Positions 52,065 to 64,000 of a DNA stretch of 64,000 nt are shown in pieces (position 1 is the stretch's first letter; the number at the start of each line of letters is the position of its first letter). Under the pieces are notes generated by a model. That model was not told the origin of the DNA. It did no database searches and was given only the letters and a program-made list of their open reading frames with translations. The translations under genes and the position numbers were made by a program. Source of the DNA: the human T2T-CHM13v2.0 reference genome, Homo sapiens; assembly GCF_009914755.1 (NCBI RefSeq), contig NC_060935.1, one strand, 5' to 3'.

Positions 52065-52919
52065 ATTCATTGGAACCATTTTTTAGCTTCTGCAAACTTA
52101 ATTTTTGAGCCAGTTCTAAGGTGACTCAGGTTCAAAGCCTGCCCCTTGAGGATGCAGAAAACCAGTCTGACACCATCTGAGACCTGAAGCTGCCTTTTTC
52201 TAACCTCTAGTGACCCCCAAATCCTCTCAGACTCACTTCAATCAGCCCCCACTTCAAGGGCTGAGTTCTGAGAAGATGCAATTACCCCTAAACGTCCGAG
52301 TGTCACCCACTACATTGGGAAAACCCAATCATATTCATTTGAAGGGGCTGAGCATGGAGCCAAGAACAGGATCAATATTCATTTTCTTTCCACTGAAAAG
52401 AGATGACAAAGGAAGTTGTCCAACAGGGCAGCCTTTCAACTTGAGCAACACTAATTGATCAGTTATTTGGCAGATAGATCTGAATTCCCAGACCTGACTT
52501 CCTCCCTCATGACCTCCTTTGTCCTTCTTACTTCCCACACCTCTGGCAAATGAAACTGTGATTCTGCAGATACTTCCAATAGCACCTGGGCCTTCATTGA
52601 GGTTGAGTTGAGGATTCTGACTTTCAAGAGAGATGAAGTCCCCAGCACCTAGCTCTCTGAATCAGGGTCAAATATTGCTGAGGCAAAAAGTTCTCATGCC
52701 TGTCCCTTGCCCTATATATAGGACAGGGAGAAAAAGAACAACAAGAAGAGCCATCCTGCCTCCCATAAAAAACCTCAGGTAGGAAATCGATAGGTCAAAG
52801 CCTAACATGGCAGTAGCCACCCTTACTATTGAGGCAAGTCCTGGGCCTTCAAAAGCACGGTCCCTTCTCATTTATTTTGCAGAAAGCCAGGGGGTCTCCT
52901 TTTTGTCCCCAGGCAAAGC

Positions 52920-54123
52920 ACAGGAGGGAGTTCAAAACATGCCACCCCAAAATATGCCCGTTTGGCATATGAGATATTTTGAGCTGAAGGCACTTGAGAA
53001 GCAGCAGATGCAGGAAGGGCTCGCTGACCTTCCCTTTCTACCTAAAAGCAGGTCATAAGATTTTCTACGAGAAAGGTGTCCTCCTTGTACCCACGTTGAG
53101 GCTTGGAAAGCAATATTGCAAAATGAAGGCCTCGGAAGTGAAAGTGTTTCTCTGACCTTCTCCTGCCCTCATCTCTCTCTCAGTCCCATTCCCCCCTGAG
53201 GCCAGCCATAAAAATGAGAATCCCTGTTCCCTGAGGGTTGTCTCAGAAACCAGAACTCCTTTTCCCCAAAGCCAGCAATATAACTTAAAAGTATTACTCT
53301 AATTTTCCTCTACCTTTCTATGTAAAAACTGGCCATGAAGAAATTATCCAATCTACTTTGTTTAACTGTAGGTCGTAAGATTCTACTCCAGAGGGAGACC
53401 TGTCCTACACCCAGGAGGAAGGAACGCATGCTCAGAGATGTCAAGAAGAATCTAGACAGACAGACCTTGCTGGATTTCCATACTCAATCTATTAGCATTA
53501 GATCAGACCCTTTTTGTCCAATCATATTTCTACATGGCTGTCCATACTTTGTTGAACCTAAACATAAAAATGGACAATTTCCCCTGCATCTTTGGATCTT
53601 CATTCTGCAGGCTCCCATGTGTACACGTTACATAGATTTGTATTTTTTTTCCCCCAATTAATCTGCCTTTTGTGAGGTGATTTTTCAGTAAACCTTCAGA
53701 GGGCCAACCCCTTGGCTCCTACATCAGATAGAGAATACTCTTACCCAGAGACTAGGAGTCAAATGCTGAAATGGATCTGTACAAACAAACCTACTAAAAT
53801 AATCCTTCTCTTGCTTTAGTTTTCCCCCACATATTTCCTCATCATTTTCCCACAAATTACCACACTTAGAAATTTAACACCCTTTTTCTTTGTCTCATCA
53901 CTTCTTCAAAAATTTATTAATCTTTGTTTAAAAAGGTACATAAACTCTTGGTCTTAACCACTTCTTCAGATCTTCATTTTTCCTATGAAGGCTCCCATGT
54001 ACACACAAAAATATTAAATAAAATTCGTATGGTTTTATCTTGTTAGTCTATGTCAACTTAATTGTCAGGCCCAGCTGGCCACGGAACTTAAGAGGGCATA
54101 GGAAAAGTTATTCCTCTCCTACA
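52920..54123 (+). mobile_element. MER34-family ERV1 solo LTR, interrupted by MER39
   Basis: atgccaccccaaaatatgcc...tattttgagctgaaggca...cctaaaagcagg; resumes ~53724 and ends ttcctctcctaca. Confidence 0.85.
53094..53723 (+). mobile_element. MER39-like ERV1 solo LTR nested in MER34
   Basis: aaatgaaggcctc...ttttccccaaagccagc...aagaagaatctagacagacagaccttgctgg...ttttcagtaaaccttcagaggg...cctaca. Confidence 0.8.
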
Positions 54124-54559
54124 TACACCTGGACCCTTCTAAAACCAGATGTGAACACCCTGGTTTTCTCTGTTCCTTTTTGCACCTTAGAGGCTGAGAT
54201 AGGCCTACAGCCCATACCCTGTGGTTGGTCAGACATGTGCTCAGGGATGCCAGGCCATCTCTCTCTTTTCCTCTCTCCCTGTGGGCCAGGGGAAGTGTGA
54301 TTTGTTTCCCAGGATTCTGTTTCAGGATTTGGCCTATCTGGCTTTTGCCAGAGCTTGGCACTGCTATGATGTTTAGTAAAGTAGTTCATCTTTTCCCATT
54401 TGGTTACTGTTCTTTGTGCATATACCCCATCTGTCAGCTCCCTAGAGGGAAGGAAGGTGAGTGACACCCTGGACCCTAGCAATGATTGTCCCTAATGTGA
54501 GAACCTGGATAGAAATGCAAACAGCACACAATGCTTCCATATCCACACATTTGGTATTT

Positions 54560-54790
54560 GCTGCACAGCAGCTATGGCGAGGTTCATTTGGCTATTATTC
54601 CTGCTCATCAAATGAGGAATCTCAATGTTCAGAGACTTCAGGTCACCTGATGACAATCAAAACAGCTAGTTAGTGGCAAAGCAAGACTTGGATCCAGGTC
54701 TTGGGAGCAGGATATACAGTGGAAAGGATGCAGGCTTTGGAGTCAGGCAGACCAGGGTTGAGTCTCTGCTTCCCAGCTACCTGGCCTTCT
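54560..54790. mobile_element. Two MIR fragments head to head (minus 54560-54700, plus 54703-54790)
   Basis: acagctagttagtggcaaagc...; cagtggaaaggatgcaggctttggagtcaggcagacc. Confidence 0.7.
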
Positions 54791-55859
54791 GATTCACTCT
54801 GAGTGTGGGGCTTGGGGGCAGGCTGAGATGTGGGGGCAGGTGTCCCCCTGACCTAGTCCCTTGGCTTCTGAATGGCTTTTCATCCCCCTCTGCTGCTGCT
54901 ACCCACAGTTCCCCACCCCATCCTTCCCACAAAGCCAGCCTCATTTCTACCCAAGAACCTTTCTCTCTGGATAAGACAATGAATTCAGGACCAGCCCAAG
55001 GGAGAGGAGCTTTAAAACAAGAATACCCATCTGGCCGCCAGGAAAGGATAAGAGCAGCATGGAAGAGATGATCTGGGATCATCCCCATCAGCCCCTCTGC
55101 AGGAGGGACCCCTCCCCACCCCCAGGGTCTCCATTGTTAAGCAAACAAAGTCCTTGGTGCTAGGGTAGGTTGCATGCAAATTGAATTAAGTCTCCATCTG
55201 TTAGTTTATTCATTTCAGAGTTGGGGTTTTTTTCTTTATTCCTTTTTTTTGGACTTCCCATGTTTCATACTTGCTAATGAGCCAATCAAATAGCATTAGG
55301 AACTGTGGGCAGGAGGTGGCTCTGCCCAGCCTGGAGCCCCCTTTGCACTCTCTGCCACCTCTGAGAGAAACCCCTCCCCCTCTCATCCTCTCTTTAGATT
55401 CCTGCTGCCTCAGCCCTCCTAGAAAAAGTGCCCAAGCTGTTGATTCAAAATAGATATTCATTTGCATGGAATTAGCATGTTGCTCATTTAATGTTCAATT
55501 CCACCCCCGTTCCACCATCCAAAGTCCGCAGTCCAGGATATGGTCAGGAGGTCTGGCTGAGTGCCCAGATATAAAGCTTGTGATTTAGGTGGATGTCTTT
55601 AGAGTGCAAATTCTCAGCAGCTGCCTCCAAGCTCTGCCCTCTGCTGCACTGAGGTCAGCCCTGTTATAGCAGAAGGAGACAGGTGGTTACCTTTGAAGTG
55701 GAGCCCTCTGTCCTCCACCAGGTTCTGTCACAGTGCTAGAAATGCCTGGCATCAGAGTTGCCCAGGAAAGTTTGGTTGAAGGGATGGGAGAGTAGACGGT
55801 GAGGACTCTGGATCACCTGTGAAAATAATGGCAGCAATAAAAACAATGGAAATAACAAA

Positions 55860-56634
55860 GGCTACCATTTATTAACCATCTGCCATATTCCATACATTGT
55901 TCATATTTAAGTTCTCACCCTTATCACAGCACTGAAAGGTAAATAGTATCATATCAGTCAGGACTCTCAGGTGCAAGTATGCAAAAGCATAATTCCAACA
56001 GGCTAACAGAAAAGGAGAGCGGGGTATTGACTCATGTAACTAAAAGCATCCAAATCCAGGGGACTTTTGGTGTCAAGTCCTTCTGGACTGAACTGAACAA
56101 ATGATGTCATCAGGACATTGTCTCTTTCTCTCAGCTCTGCTTTCTCGTATTAGGAGTCACTCTGACAGCCTTCCTCAACTCAGTAGCTCTCAGCAGCTCC
56201 AGGACTAAGTCTTTCTGCATGATTTGAATCCAAGTCTTAGCCATGATTTCCATTGGCGTAGATTGGGTCACATGGTCACTCATGAACCCACTGCTTTACT
56301 GGGAGACACAGTGGCCTAATAGGGCCATGCCTGAGTCACATGTCCATCTCCAGAGAGAAAGGGTAGGCATTAATGCTTCCTCCTTTACAAAGCACCAGGC
56401 CTCCAGGCCAGTGGAGGGATTCTCAGCAGAAAACGGGGTTCCTGTTACAGAAGAAAGCAGAAGAAAGAGGAATAGATGCTGGGTAGCAAAAACAATAAAT
56501 GTCCACTCCAGATATCATGCCTCTTTGTAGACAGGGAAAAACATGCTCAAAAGGGTAAGTTATTTATCTGGGGTCATATAGATAGTAAATGCAAATTGAT
56601 ATTTAAATTTAGGATTTATCATTTACAAAGCCAC
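55860..56634 (-). mobile_element. MIR (55860-55950 and 56520-56634) split by an old MLT1K/L-like LTR (55955-56510)
   Basis: gctaccatttattaa...; tattgactcatgtaactaaaag...cattggcgtagattgggtcacatg...gaatagatgctgggtagc; ggtaagttattt...ggtcatatagatagtaaatg. Confidence 0.65.
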
Positions 56635-56638
56635 ATGT

Positions 56639-57405
56639 TGATACACATGAAAGGCAGGGAAATACTGGGTAGAAGAGGGTGGTTCCTCGTCAAGGGACCC
56701 ACCTTCAAGCCTGGAAACCCAAGGCCCTAAATGGGAACAGGCATTCCTGTTTTTGTGCCAAAATGTGGCATTTTAGCCCACCACACCACCCATCTTGTAC
56801 CCATATAAACCCCAAACCCCAGGCTCCACAAGCAGATGAACAGAAGGGCAGAGTGGCAGGGCAGCAGAGAGGTGCAGCAGAGAAGGAGGGAAGAAAAAGA
56901 GTGTCTGAACATTGAGAGGAGCTCGGCTGGGGACGGTCAGAGAGGAGATAGCCATGGGATGGCCAAACTCCAGGGGAAGATCATCTTCCCACTCTATCCT
57001 CTTTCTAGCTCCCCATCCATCCTGCTGAGAGCCACCTCCATCCAGCAATAAAATCTTCCCCATTTATCATCCTTCAATTTGTCCATGTGGACTGATTCAT
57101 CCTGGACACGAGACAAGAACCTGGGTACCAAGAGGGCACTGAGCTGGTTAACACTTAAGCCATCTGTGGAAGGCAACTGCTAAAAGAGCACTGTCACACA
57201 CCCACTGGGGCTTTGGAAGTCACAGGCACCCACCCCAGATGCTACCGTGGGGCTGGAGCCCAAAAGCACTCTCCCCAGCTCCTGCACCTGCTCATCTACA
57301 TGTTCCTCCTCCCATAAAGGGTTTGAGCATGCACAGCAGCCAAACAGATGTGCTACACCCCTGTTGCACCTCCTGTCAGGGGGGCCAGTGAGCTCTCCCA
57401 TTTCA
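56639..57405 (+). mobile_element. LTR1-family ERV1 solo LTR
   Basis: tgataca...ggcagggaaatactgggtagaagaggg...ccaaactccaggggaagatcatcttccc...ctctcccatttca; TATAAA 56804, AATAAA 57047; 4-bp TSD atgt/atat. Confidence 0.92.
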
Positions 57406-57813
57406 ATATTAAACCTCCTCCTTCCTCTTATACTGACTATGAAGAGGGAAGGGAGATAGACAAGCAGGGAGGGGTATTAAAAGCAGAAAAATATGTACAA
57501 AAGAAAAAAAATTGCTGGCTTAGTGAAGATTGAGCTTCCAAAATGCTCTGATATGGTGCAAATATGTCATGGGTGAAGGAGAAAGCCATTAATCCAATGG
57601 AACTCACTACCTCATGATGGAAATAAATAAATTAATTTAATTAAATGATTTTATATGCCAGAACAAGAAGGAATCGTAGGAGATTTGAAATCATCTGGGC
57701 TGACATAAGCCATCTGACACAGTTCCTTTTTATCCCCTCCCTCACCTGCCCCCTGGTACAGAAGGCTAACTGTGATCTGAGTGGAAAGATCCCTCCTCTT
57801 CTGCCTTGAAGAG

Positions 57814-57871
57814 GTGTGTGTGTGTGTTTGCGTGTGTGTGTGTGCACCTGTATGTATGTCTGTGTGTATGT
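57814..57871. repeat. Interrupted (TG)n microsatellite
   Basis: gtgtgtgtgtgtgtttgcgtgtgtgtgtgtgc. Confidence 0.9.
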
Positions 57872-58037
57872 CAGTCTATGAGAAAAAATATCAGGGAATT
57901 GACTTTTATAATTCCCTGTGACTCAGTTATTATTTGGGCCACTGATGTCCCATAAGTATCCCCAGTGTTGCTTCAGTTGAATAATTCATAATGGGGGCTG
58001 GTGCTCCCTCAGCTCTGTCTCTACAATATGACTGCTA

Positions 58038-58630
58038 TGTATCTCTTAGGGGTTATCTGATAGCAAGCAACAGAAACATACTCTGGCTAACTTAAGTTGA
58101 AGGGTATGGGGCAGTAAGAGAATTGAAAGACAATCTGAACAACTAGGTTTCCAAAAGTAGAGGAAAGGATATAGGGGTTTCAGGGTCATCAGGGCACCTG
58201 GCTGACCAGGTAAATTAGGGTGGATTTAGTTTGCTGTCTGCTCACCAAGGCTTGCCTCTCTGTAGGGGGTTTTGTCTGCCTGGAGAAAGGGTGACTTTTT
58301 CTTTGCTGAAAGATGCTTCAATTCCCTGAGCTCCATGTCTTTTCTAAGCATCACAAAGGGCTAGGAGTGGCACTGGAAGTAATAAGCAATCTTCTCAGGG
58401 AGTTACTGTAAAATGCATCAGCTCCAACAATTTCTGGCCTTGCGTAATTCTACTCACAGTTCAGATTTTAAGGAGAGATTGGCTAGCTTGAATCCCCACT
58501 AGAGAGTCCCAGGAAGATTTCATGGAATTGGGGGTAAAGTGGGGAAGGGAGAGTTCCCAGGGGAAAACCAGCATTCTTAGCTAAAAGAATGAGAAACATT
58601 CCTAGGCAGATCAGGCCGGCAGGTGTTCAC
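58038..58630 (-). mobile_element. Old ERVL/MaLR LTR fragment(s)
   Basis: gcaagcaacagaaacatactctggctaacttaag ... aggtgttcacc. Confidence 0.5.
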
Positions 58631-60312
58631 CATACCCTAAAGGCTGAACAGGAAGCAAATGTTCTCCCTTACTCAGGGGTGCTATGTTGCCGAATTCCAG
58701 AATGAGTCCTCTACGTTGAATCCCATGTGTATTGTACCCCCTGCAGTTGTGCAATGTAGAAGCCTTGCCTTTTCCCTATATACTTCCTGCTTCACCAGTC
58801 TTTCCAGATATAACATTTACTAGGCTATGATAAATATATTCTGAGTTTTTTTGCCAAAGGGTGAGGTAGATCTCTCAGCCCAGCATGATGTAGGAAGACC
58901 CCAGCTGATAACTCTTCCTGTTTTGCTTGTTCCATTTTATCACCCAAGGAAAGGAGGCCTAGGTCTTCAGAAGAAATCTATCCCACTTGGATGAACCCTT
59001 GCATCTCCCTCTTTCAAGCCCCCAAATCTGTATCCCATACACGTCTTTCTAGAAACTACCCCTGCTTCACCTAAGGAAGATGTCTTCTCCTCCTTTGCTT
59101 TGCAAACTCAGAGCTTTAAGTTTAGTAGGATGCTAGTCCTACTAAAGGTTTTTTTTTTTCTATTTTTAAGACAAATGGAAATGATGAGTGCTCTAATTTC
59201 AGTCCACTGATCTAGTTTCTTTACTAGTTATGTTAGAAACAAAAACACTAACACTAATGTAAGGGCTATTTTTCCCTCTATCTGACCTCATCTGAGGAAA
59301 ATAGAGCCTTTCCTTTAATGTGTCTTTGACCTTGCTCCTTGCAGAAAAATTACTCTTGAATTACTGTGCTAAACAACTTTTGACCCCTTCCTCAGCCTGG
59401 CTTACATTACACAAGCCTCACATTAACCGTGAGCAGCTGTGCCTGAGCCATCTGGGATGGTAGATACCAGCACCTATTAGATAATTTCCAATCCTCAAAT
59501 CTCTTTCCTGGTAGAAGAAAGCAGGAGTTGGTCTCAGTTCATCACCACGCATTGTCCACTTAATTCTGGTTCACCCTGGTTTTGATTCTCCTACTAATCC
59601 TGCTATCCATTCCTTTCTTTTCTGCCCTTAGCTTGGCCTTTAGACTTAATTCATGGCACTGCTTTTGTACCTACTTCCTTGGTACCTGTCAATAACTGTT
59701 CTTCTTTTCCCACCTGGCCCACTAACGCTGGACCTAGATATCATCCTAAGGAATTTGTTATATTAGGGAGCTGTCTGGAAAGCAGGATGAAATGATGTAA
59801 GAAAATGAAACAAAGGATATGCAAGTTTTAATGAAATGTAATTTCATCAAAATGTAAGGGTCTTGTTCAGAGAGCCATAAGGGTGGGGGGGGGGGTCCCT
59901 AGTTACCCTTGACCAGATGGATAGTATTAGATGGGATTGGGAAAAAGGGTTAGAAGCAGGAAAGAACCATTAGAGTCAATTTCAAGCATAGAGCAGGCTG
60001 TGCCTAACCCTCTTTAACTATCAGGATTCACTATGCACTATCAACCCATCTAGGATCAAACCCCCACTGCAATATCAACCCAACAAGAAGAGAATTGGAG
60101 AGTGAGAAAGAGCTGAAATACTTGGGAATAGTGGAGACAGAGAAGACAGTAATCATTTCCCCCGCGTCACTGCTAGATCCAATAATTCTTTGCCATTTCC
60201 ATGTCAGGAAATGTGGGGAAGGAGTTCTAGAGTTACACTACTGCCAGTGGATCTTCCTGTATAATCCCAAGGGGGCTACACTTGTGGAGTAGAAGAACTG
60301 GAAACATCTGGT

Positions 60313-60707
60313 TGTTATGGTTTGAATGTTTTTGTTCTCCAAAATTCAGGTTGAAACTTAATTCTCAACGCAACAGTACTGGGAGGTGAAGCCTTTAGAG
60401 GTGATTAAGTCATGAAGGCTCTGCCCTCATGAATGGGATTAGGTGCCCATACAAAAGGGCTCGAAGGAGGGAGTCTGCCTCTTTTCACCTCTTTGGACTC
60501 TTCTGCCATATAAGGACTCCTTACACTCCTTCCCTCTGGAGGATGCAGCAACAGGTGCCATCTTGGAAGCAGAGACTGGGCACTTGCCTGCTGGTACCTT
60601 GATCTTGGACTTCCCAGCCACCAGAATGATGAGAAAATACATTTCTGTTCTTTACAGATTACCCAGTCTCAGATATTTCCTTATAGCAGCACAAATGGAC
60701 TAAGACA
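60313..60707 (+). mobile_element. MST (MSTD-like) solo LTR
   Basis: tgttatggtttgaatgt...ctctgccctcatgaatgggatta...ggaggatgcagcaac...gcagcacaaatggactaagaca. Confidence 0.92.
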
Positions 60708-60914
60708 GTGGCCTCATTGAGGATCAGAGAGATAAGCTCAGGTATAGCAATCAGGGATTTGATTCTACCCTAGAGACAGAGTTGGGCAAGAGTGGTAAGA
60801 CGCTGAGTGTGGGCATGCACTGTGCACCAACTCTTCTCCAACAACAACCACCTCGGGTGATCCCAAACATCCTTAGTGTCTCAATTGTTATCAGGATGCT
60901 CCAAGTGGCTTTTG

Positions 60915-61925
60915 TAGGCCCTATATCTCATATCCAACCGTGTATTACGTATTTCCACCTAGGTATTCCATAGTAATGCCACACTCAACACGCCCCAAAC
61001 TGAACCACACCCTGTCCCCAGACCTTATGTGTAAATAACATGTCATTACCCATATCAGATTTCCCAAGGCAGAGACTTGACTGCTATTCCTGACTCCTCC
61101 CTCTCCCTCAAGCCTCTTATATTTAGACAACCACTGAGGGCTGCCAATTCTGCCTCCCAAATGTGTATCAGATGTGTCCCCTATATCCATTCCTACAACT
61201 ACTGTTCACATTCAGGCCACCACCATTCTTGCCCAAGCTACTGCATTAGCCTCTAGCCACCATTCACCCATCAGTGAATGGTGTCAGTCTCATCTTCCAT
61301 GCCATTCCTGTGCTTAAAAGTCTGTCGGGAGCCCCGTTTTGCTGAGAATAAAGTCCAAGCTCCCTTGCCTTGCCTATCAGACCCTCTGTGACCTACTTTC
61401 ACCTTCCCCTAGCTTCATTCCTCACTACTACCTGCCCCATATTTCATGCTTTACAAACAGAAACATACTTGTAGTCCTCCCTTCACACATCTTGCTGTAT
61501 CTCACCTCCGAGTCATTGCTCCAAGTGACCCTGCAACCAGCAGTACCCCTCCCCTGCTACTTTTACCTAACACAGACTATTCCTTGAGGCTTAGCTCGTG
61601 CAGTGCATCCTCCAGGAAGCCTTCACCATCCACTGCAGTTCACTTCCTCACCAATTAAAAAGGCTTAAAAAATATTTCCAAAAAAGACTAAGAGATTAAA
61701 AGATTCTGTCATGTTTTTCATACCCCACATACATTTAGGTCCCCCTAATTCATGCTATCACAATGCACAGTGCCTATCTTTGCCATAGACCATACTACCT
61801 TTTATTGTAGTTATCTGTTTATACTACCTCATCTCTTAATGACAGCCTCCATGGGAGCAAGAACAATATATTACATCCCCAAACCCAGTCCATAGTAGAT
61901 GTTAAATAAACCATAAATAAATATC
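60915..61925 (+). mobile_element. L2 3' ~1 kb
   Basis: ctcaacacgccccaaactgaac, tgactcctccctctccctca, agaataaagtccaagctcc, cctccaggaagcctt, catagtagatgttaaataaa. Confidence 0.85.
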
Positions 61926-62034
61926 TTTATTAATAAGTGATGAACAAAACCTTTGTTGATTTTTTTCTTCTCCTCCACTTTTGAAGAGGCAAGACTGTTG
62001 AGTACGATCCTTCCTGCACTCCCTTCCAACGAGT

Positions 62035-62280
62035 TCAGTGTCGTGGTTAAGATCATGGGCTCTGGATTCAGGCACAGCTGAAGCATCCTAGCTCTTTCAT
62101 TTATTAACTGGAGGAACTTGGGCAAGTTACTTAACCCCTCTGAGTTTCACTCTCCCACATATGCAAAATGAGGATAATAGAATCCACCTTATGTGGTTCT
62201 TGTGAGGCTTAAACAAGGTTGTGTATGGTTCTGTATTTGGTACCTACTAAATGTTCCCCTAAAATTCTGGTTATGATCAT
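62035..62280 (+). mobile_element. Near full-length MIR
   Basis: gtggttaagatcatgggctctgg...cttgggcaagttacttaacc...aaaatgaggataatag. Confidence 0.88.
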
Positions 62281-63087
62281 TCCTCCACCCTACTACTTTC
62301 TTCAATTCCAGCCTATGTGGTCCAAAGTCTGATGAGAAGGCATGATTAAGATTGGGAATGTGACACAAATAAAATCTTTTTAGTGTATCTTTAACCTGAA
62401 GTTTCTGCATTTGTTCCAAGAAATGTTAAAAGAAAAGGGAATTCATTGTAATTCTAGCTGTCTTTATTTTTCTTCCAAGACAAAAGCATCAGAAAAACGC
62501 ACAGCAGCAGCTAGCACACTGAGCCACCGCCAGTGAGCCTGGACCAAAGCAATGGTGCTGCTGCTCACGGCAGAGGGACTGAGCCACAGAGACAGAGCTC
62601 ATTAATGCTAATGGCCTTTGTGCAGCTAATTAGCACCATATCGCACTCAATATTTACCCTTGTGTGCTGACAAAGTTCTACTTTCTCCTTGGGAAGCAAG
62701 CTGTTTTTCTACCTGACCCATAACAAGGAAAACCTCTGATGCCAGACAACAGCTCCATGTCTGCCTAGATAGATTGGCTAGAGAGAAGCTGAGGGCCTGC
62801 TACCCCGGGGTGGGGGAAGGGAGCCTGTGGTTCTCATTCCAACCCTGGGTGGAGTGTTGGGCAGCTGAAGTCTTCACCCAGTGAGGGTGCCATTTTCATG
62901 ATACAACCATGCAGCTGTCAGCCCCAAGTGTCCTTCCACAACCACCATGTGCTCAGCCTCCTCCTCCTTGCTTTGGAGGAGGTGTTTCTCTGGGAGAAAC
63001 AGGGCCTGGGAGAAGGAGGTGAACCACTAAGAAAGGGATTTAGAGGGCCTGTCAAGGCAGAAATCTCCGAGAGACCTGTCCACAATC

Positions 63088-63340
63088 CACTCAACAACCT
63101 TCAACAACTTTTAACAGAGCTCCTAAGCTATGCCATATGCCAAGGGCTGGGGACACAAAGATGGGCAAGACAGTGGGCAAGTCCCTGTTCTTGGGAGCTC
63201 TCAATCTACCTGAAGACTGACCTGTAGCAATTGTGATACAATGTGATAAGGAAGGTGCAGAGCTGAGTAGAGGAAAGGACCACTCAGGTCAGACCAGGGG
63301 GATCAAGAAGGGCTGGATGGAGGAGGAATCACTAAACTGT
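63088..63340 (-). mobile_element. L2 3' end
   Basis: gggctggggacacaaagatg...gtccctgttcttgggagctc...atacaatgtgataag. Confidence 0.75.
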
Positions 63341-63908
63341 TGAAGCGCCTCGAGTCCACCTCTATCAGAGAGTACTGGCACATTCCCTGTCCTCTGAAGC
63401 AACAGACTTGGAATCTGAGGATGTATCACAGCTAGGTCCGGCATGAAGTGATGCAGACAAGGATGCTGCTTTAGGTTATAGGATGTGCTTTGGAGACCAG
63501 CAGGCTAATAATTGCTCCATTAGCAGGAACCTGGGCTTGATTCTCTCAGAGGTCTCCCCTCTTAGCTCACCACAGCATTCTTCTAAAGTCCCTCCCAGCT
63601 CCCACCCACCATCTTGCTCTACAAGCAAATACTCATCACATAGATGACCCCAGGGCTGGTGGTTTCTCATCATGCCCCAAGGGATACTGGCTTGAAGCCA
63701 TTCCCTCAACCCTGTAAATTGCTTGGTTGGCCAATGCCCAGCTACTAAATGCATTGGCATTCCCGCCATGCCACCAACCATATCCAAGTTGAAGCTGTCT
63801 TGAGACCATCCATGTAGAGCACCAAGAAAGACAGTCTGAACACACCACCCCCTCCACCCCTGGAGATGTGGAGGGTTGGGCAGTCTCTGCTTTAAGATAG
63901 GAGCTGAG

Positions 63909-64000
63909 AGCCGGGTGTGGTGGCTCTCGCCTGTAATCCCAGCACTTTGGGAGGCTGAGGCGGGTGGATCATGAAGTTAGGAGATCGAGACCATCCTGGC
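63909..64000 (+). mobile_element. Alu 5' part (Y/Sc-like), runs off the window
   Basis: gccgggtgtggtggctctcgcctgtaatcccagcactttgggagg...gagatcgagaccatcctggc. Confidence 0.95.

Noticed and set aside
59881-59896. G-run / G-quadruplex candidates (also ~50512-50547)
   Set aside because: Common motifs with no supporting context

Overview
Primate (human-like) non-coding genomic DNA, either a large intron or intergenic. I recognise no protein-coding exon, RNA gene or prokaryote-type system, and I cannot name a host gene. The ORF track is explained by Alu/L1/LTR sequence and chance. Roughly half the window is interspersed repeats, recognised by eye from consensus hallmarks, so subfamily names and old-element boundaries are approximate. 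These include 13 Alu-family copies (one a FLAM), four L1 fragments, many MIR and L2 fragments, a full-length Tigger3b-type element, MER58A, MADE1, MaLR LTRs (THE1, MST, MLT1), ERV1 LTRs (MER34 x2, MER39, LTR1) and a fossil ERVL provirus with a readable integrase. The most notable unexplained structure is a CpG-rich ~116-bp inverted repeat (12957-13072 / 13248-13364, ~79% identical arms, each with an AP-1 site) enclosing a MIR. Other unexplained structures are an exact 27-bp non-TE duplicate 2.66 kb apart, a perfect 25-bp palindrome centred on an AP-1 site, an Alu with a fold-back repair scar, and several motif-dense blocks (POU/SOX, RE1, CTCF, FOX/RFX) that look like enhancers.
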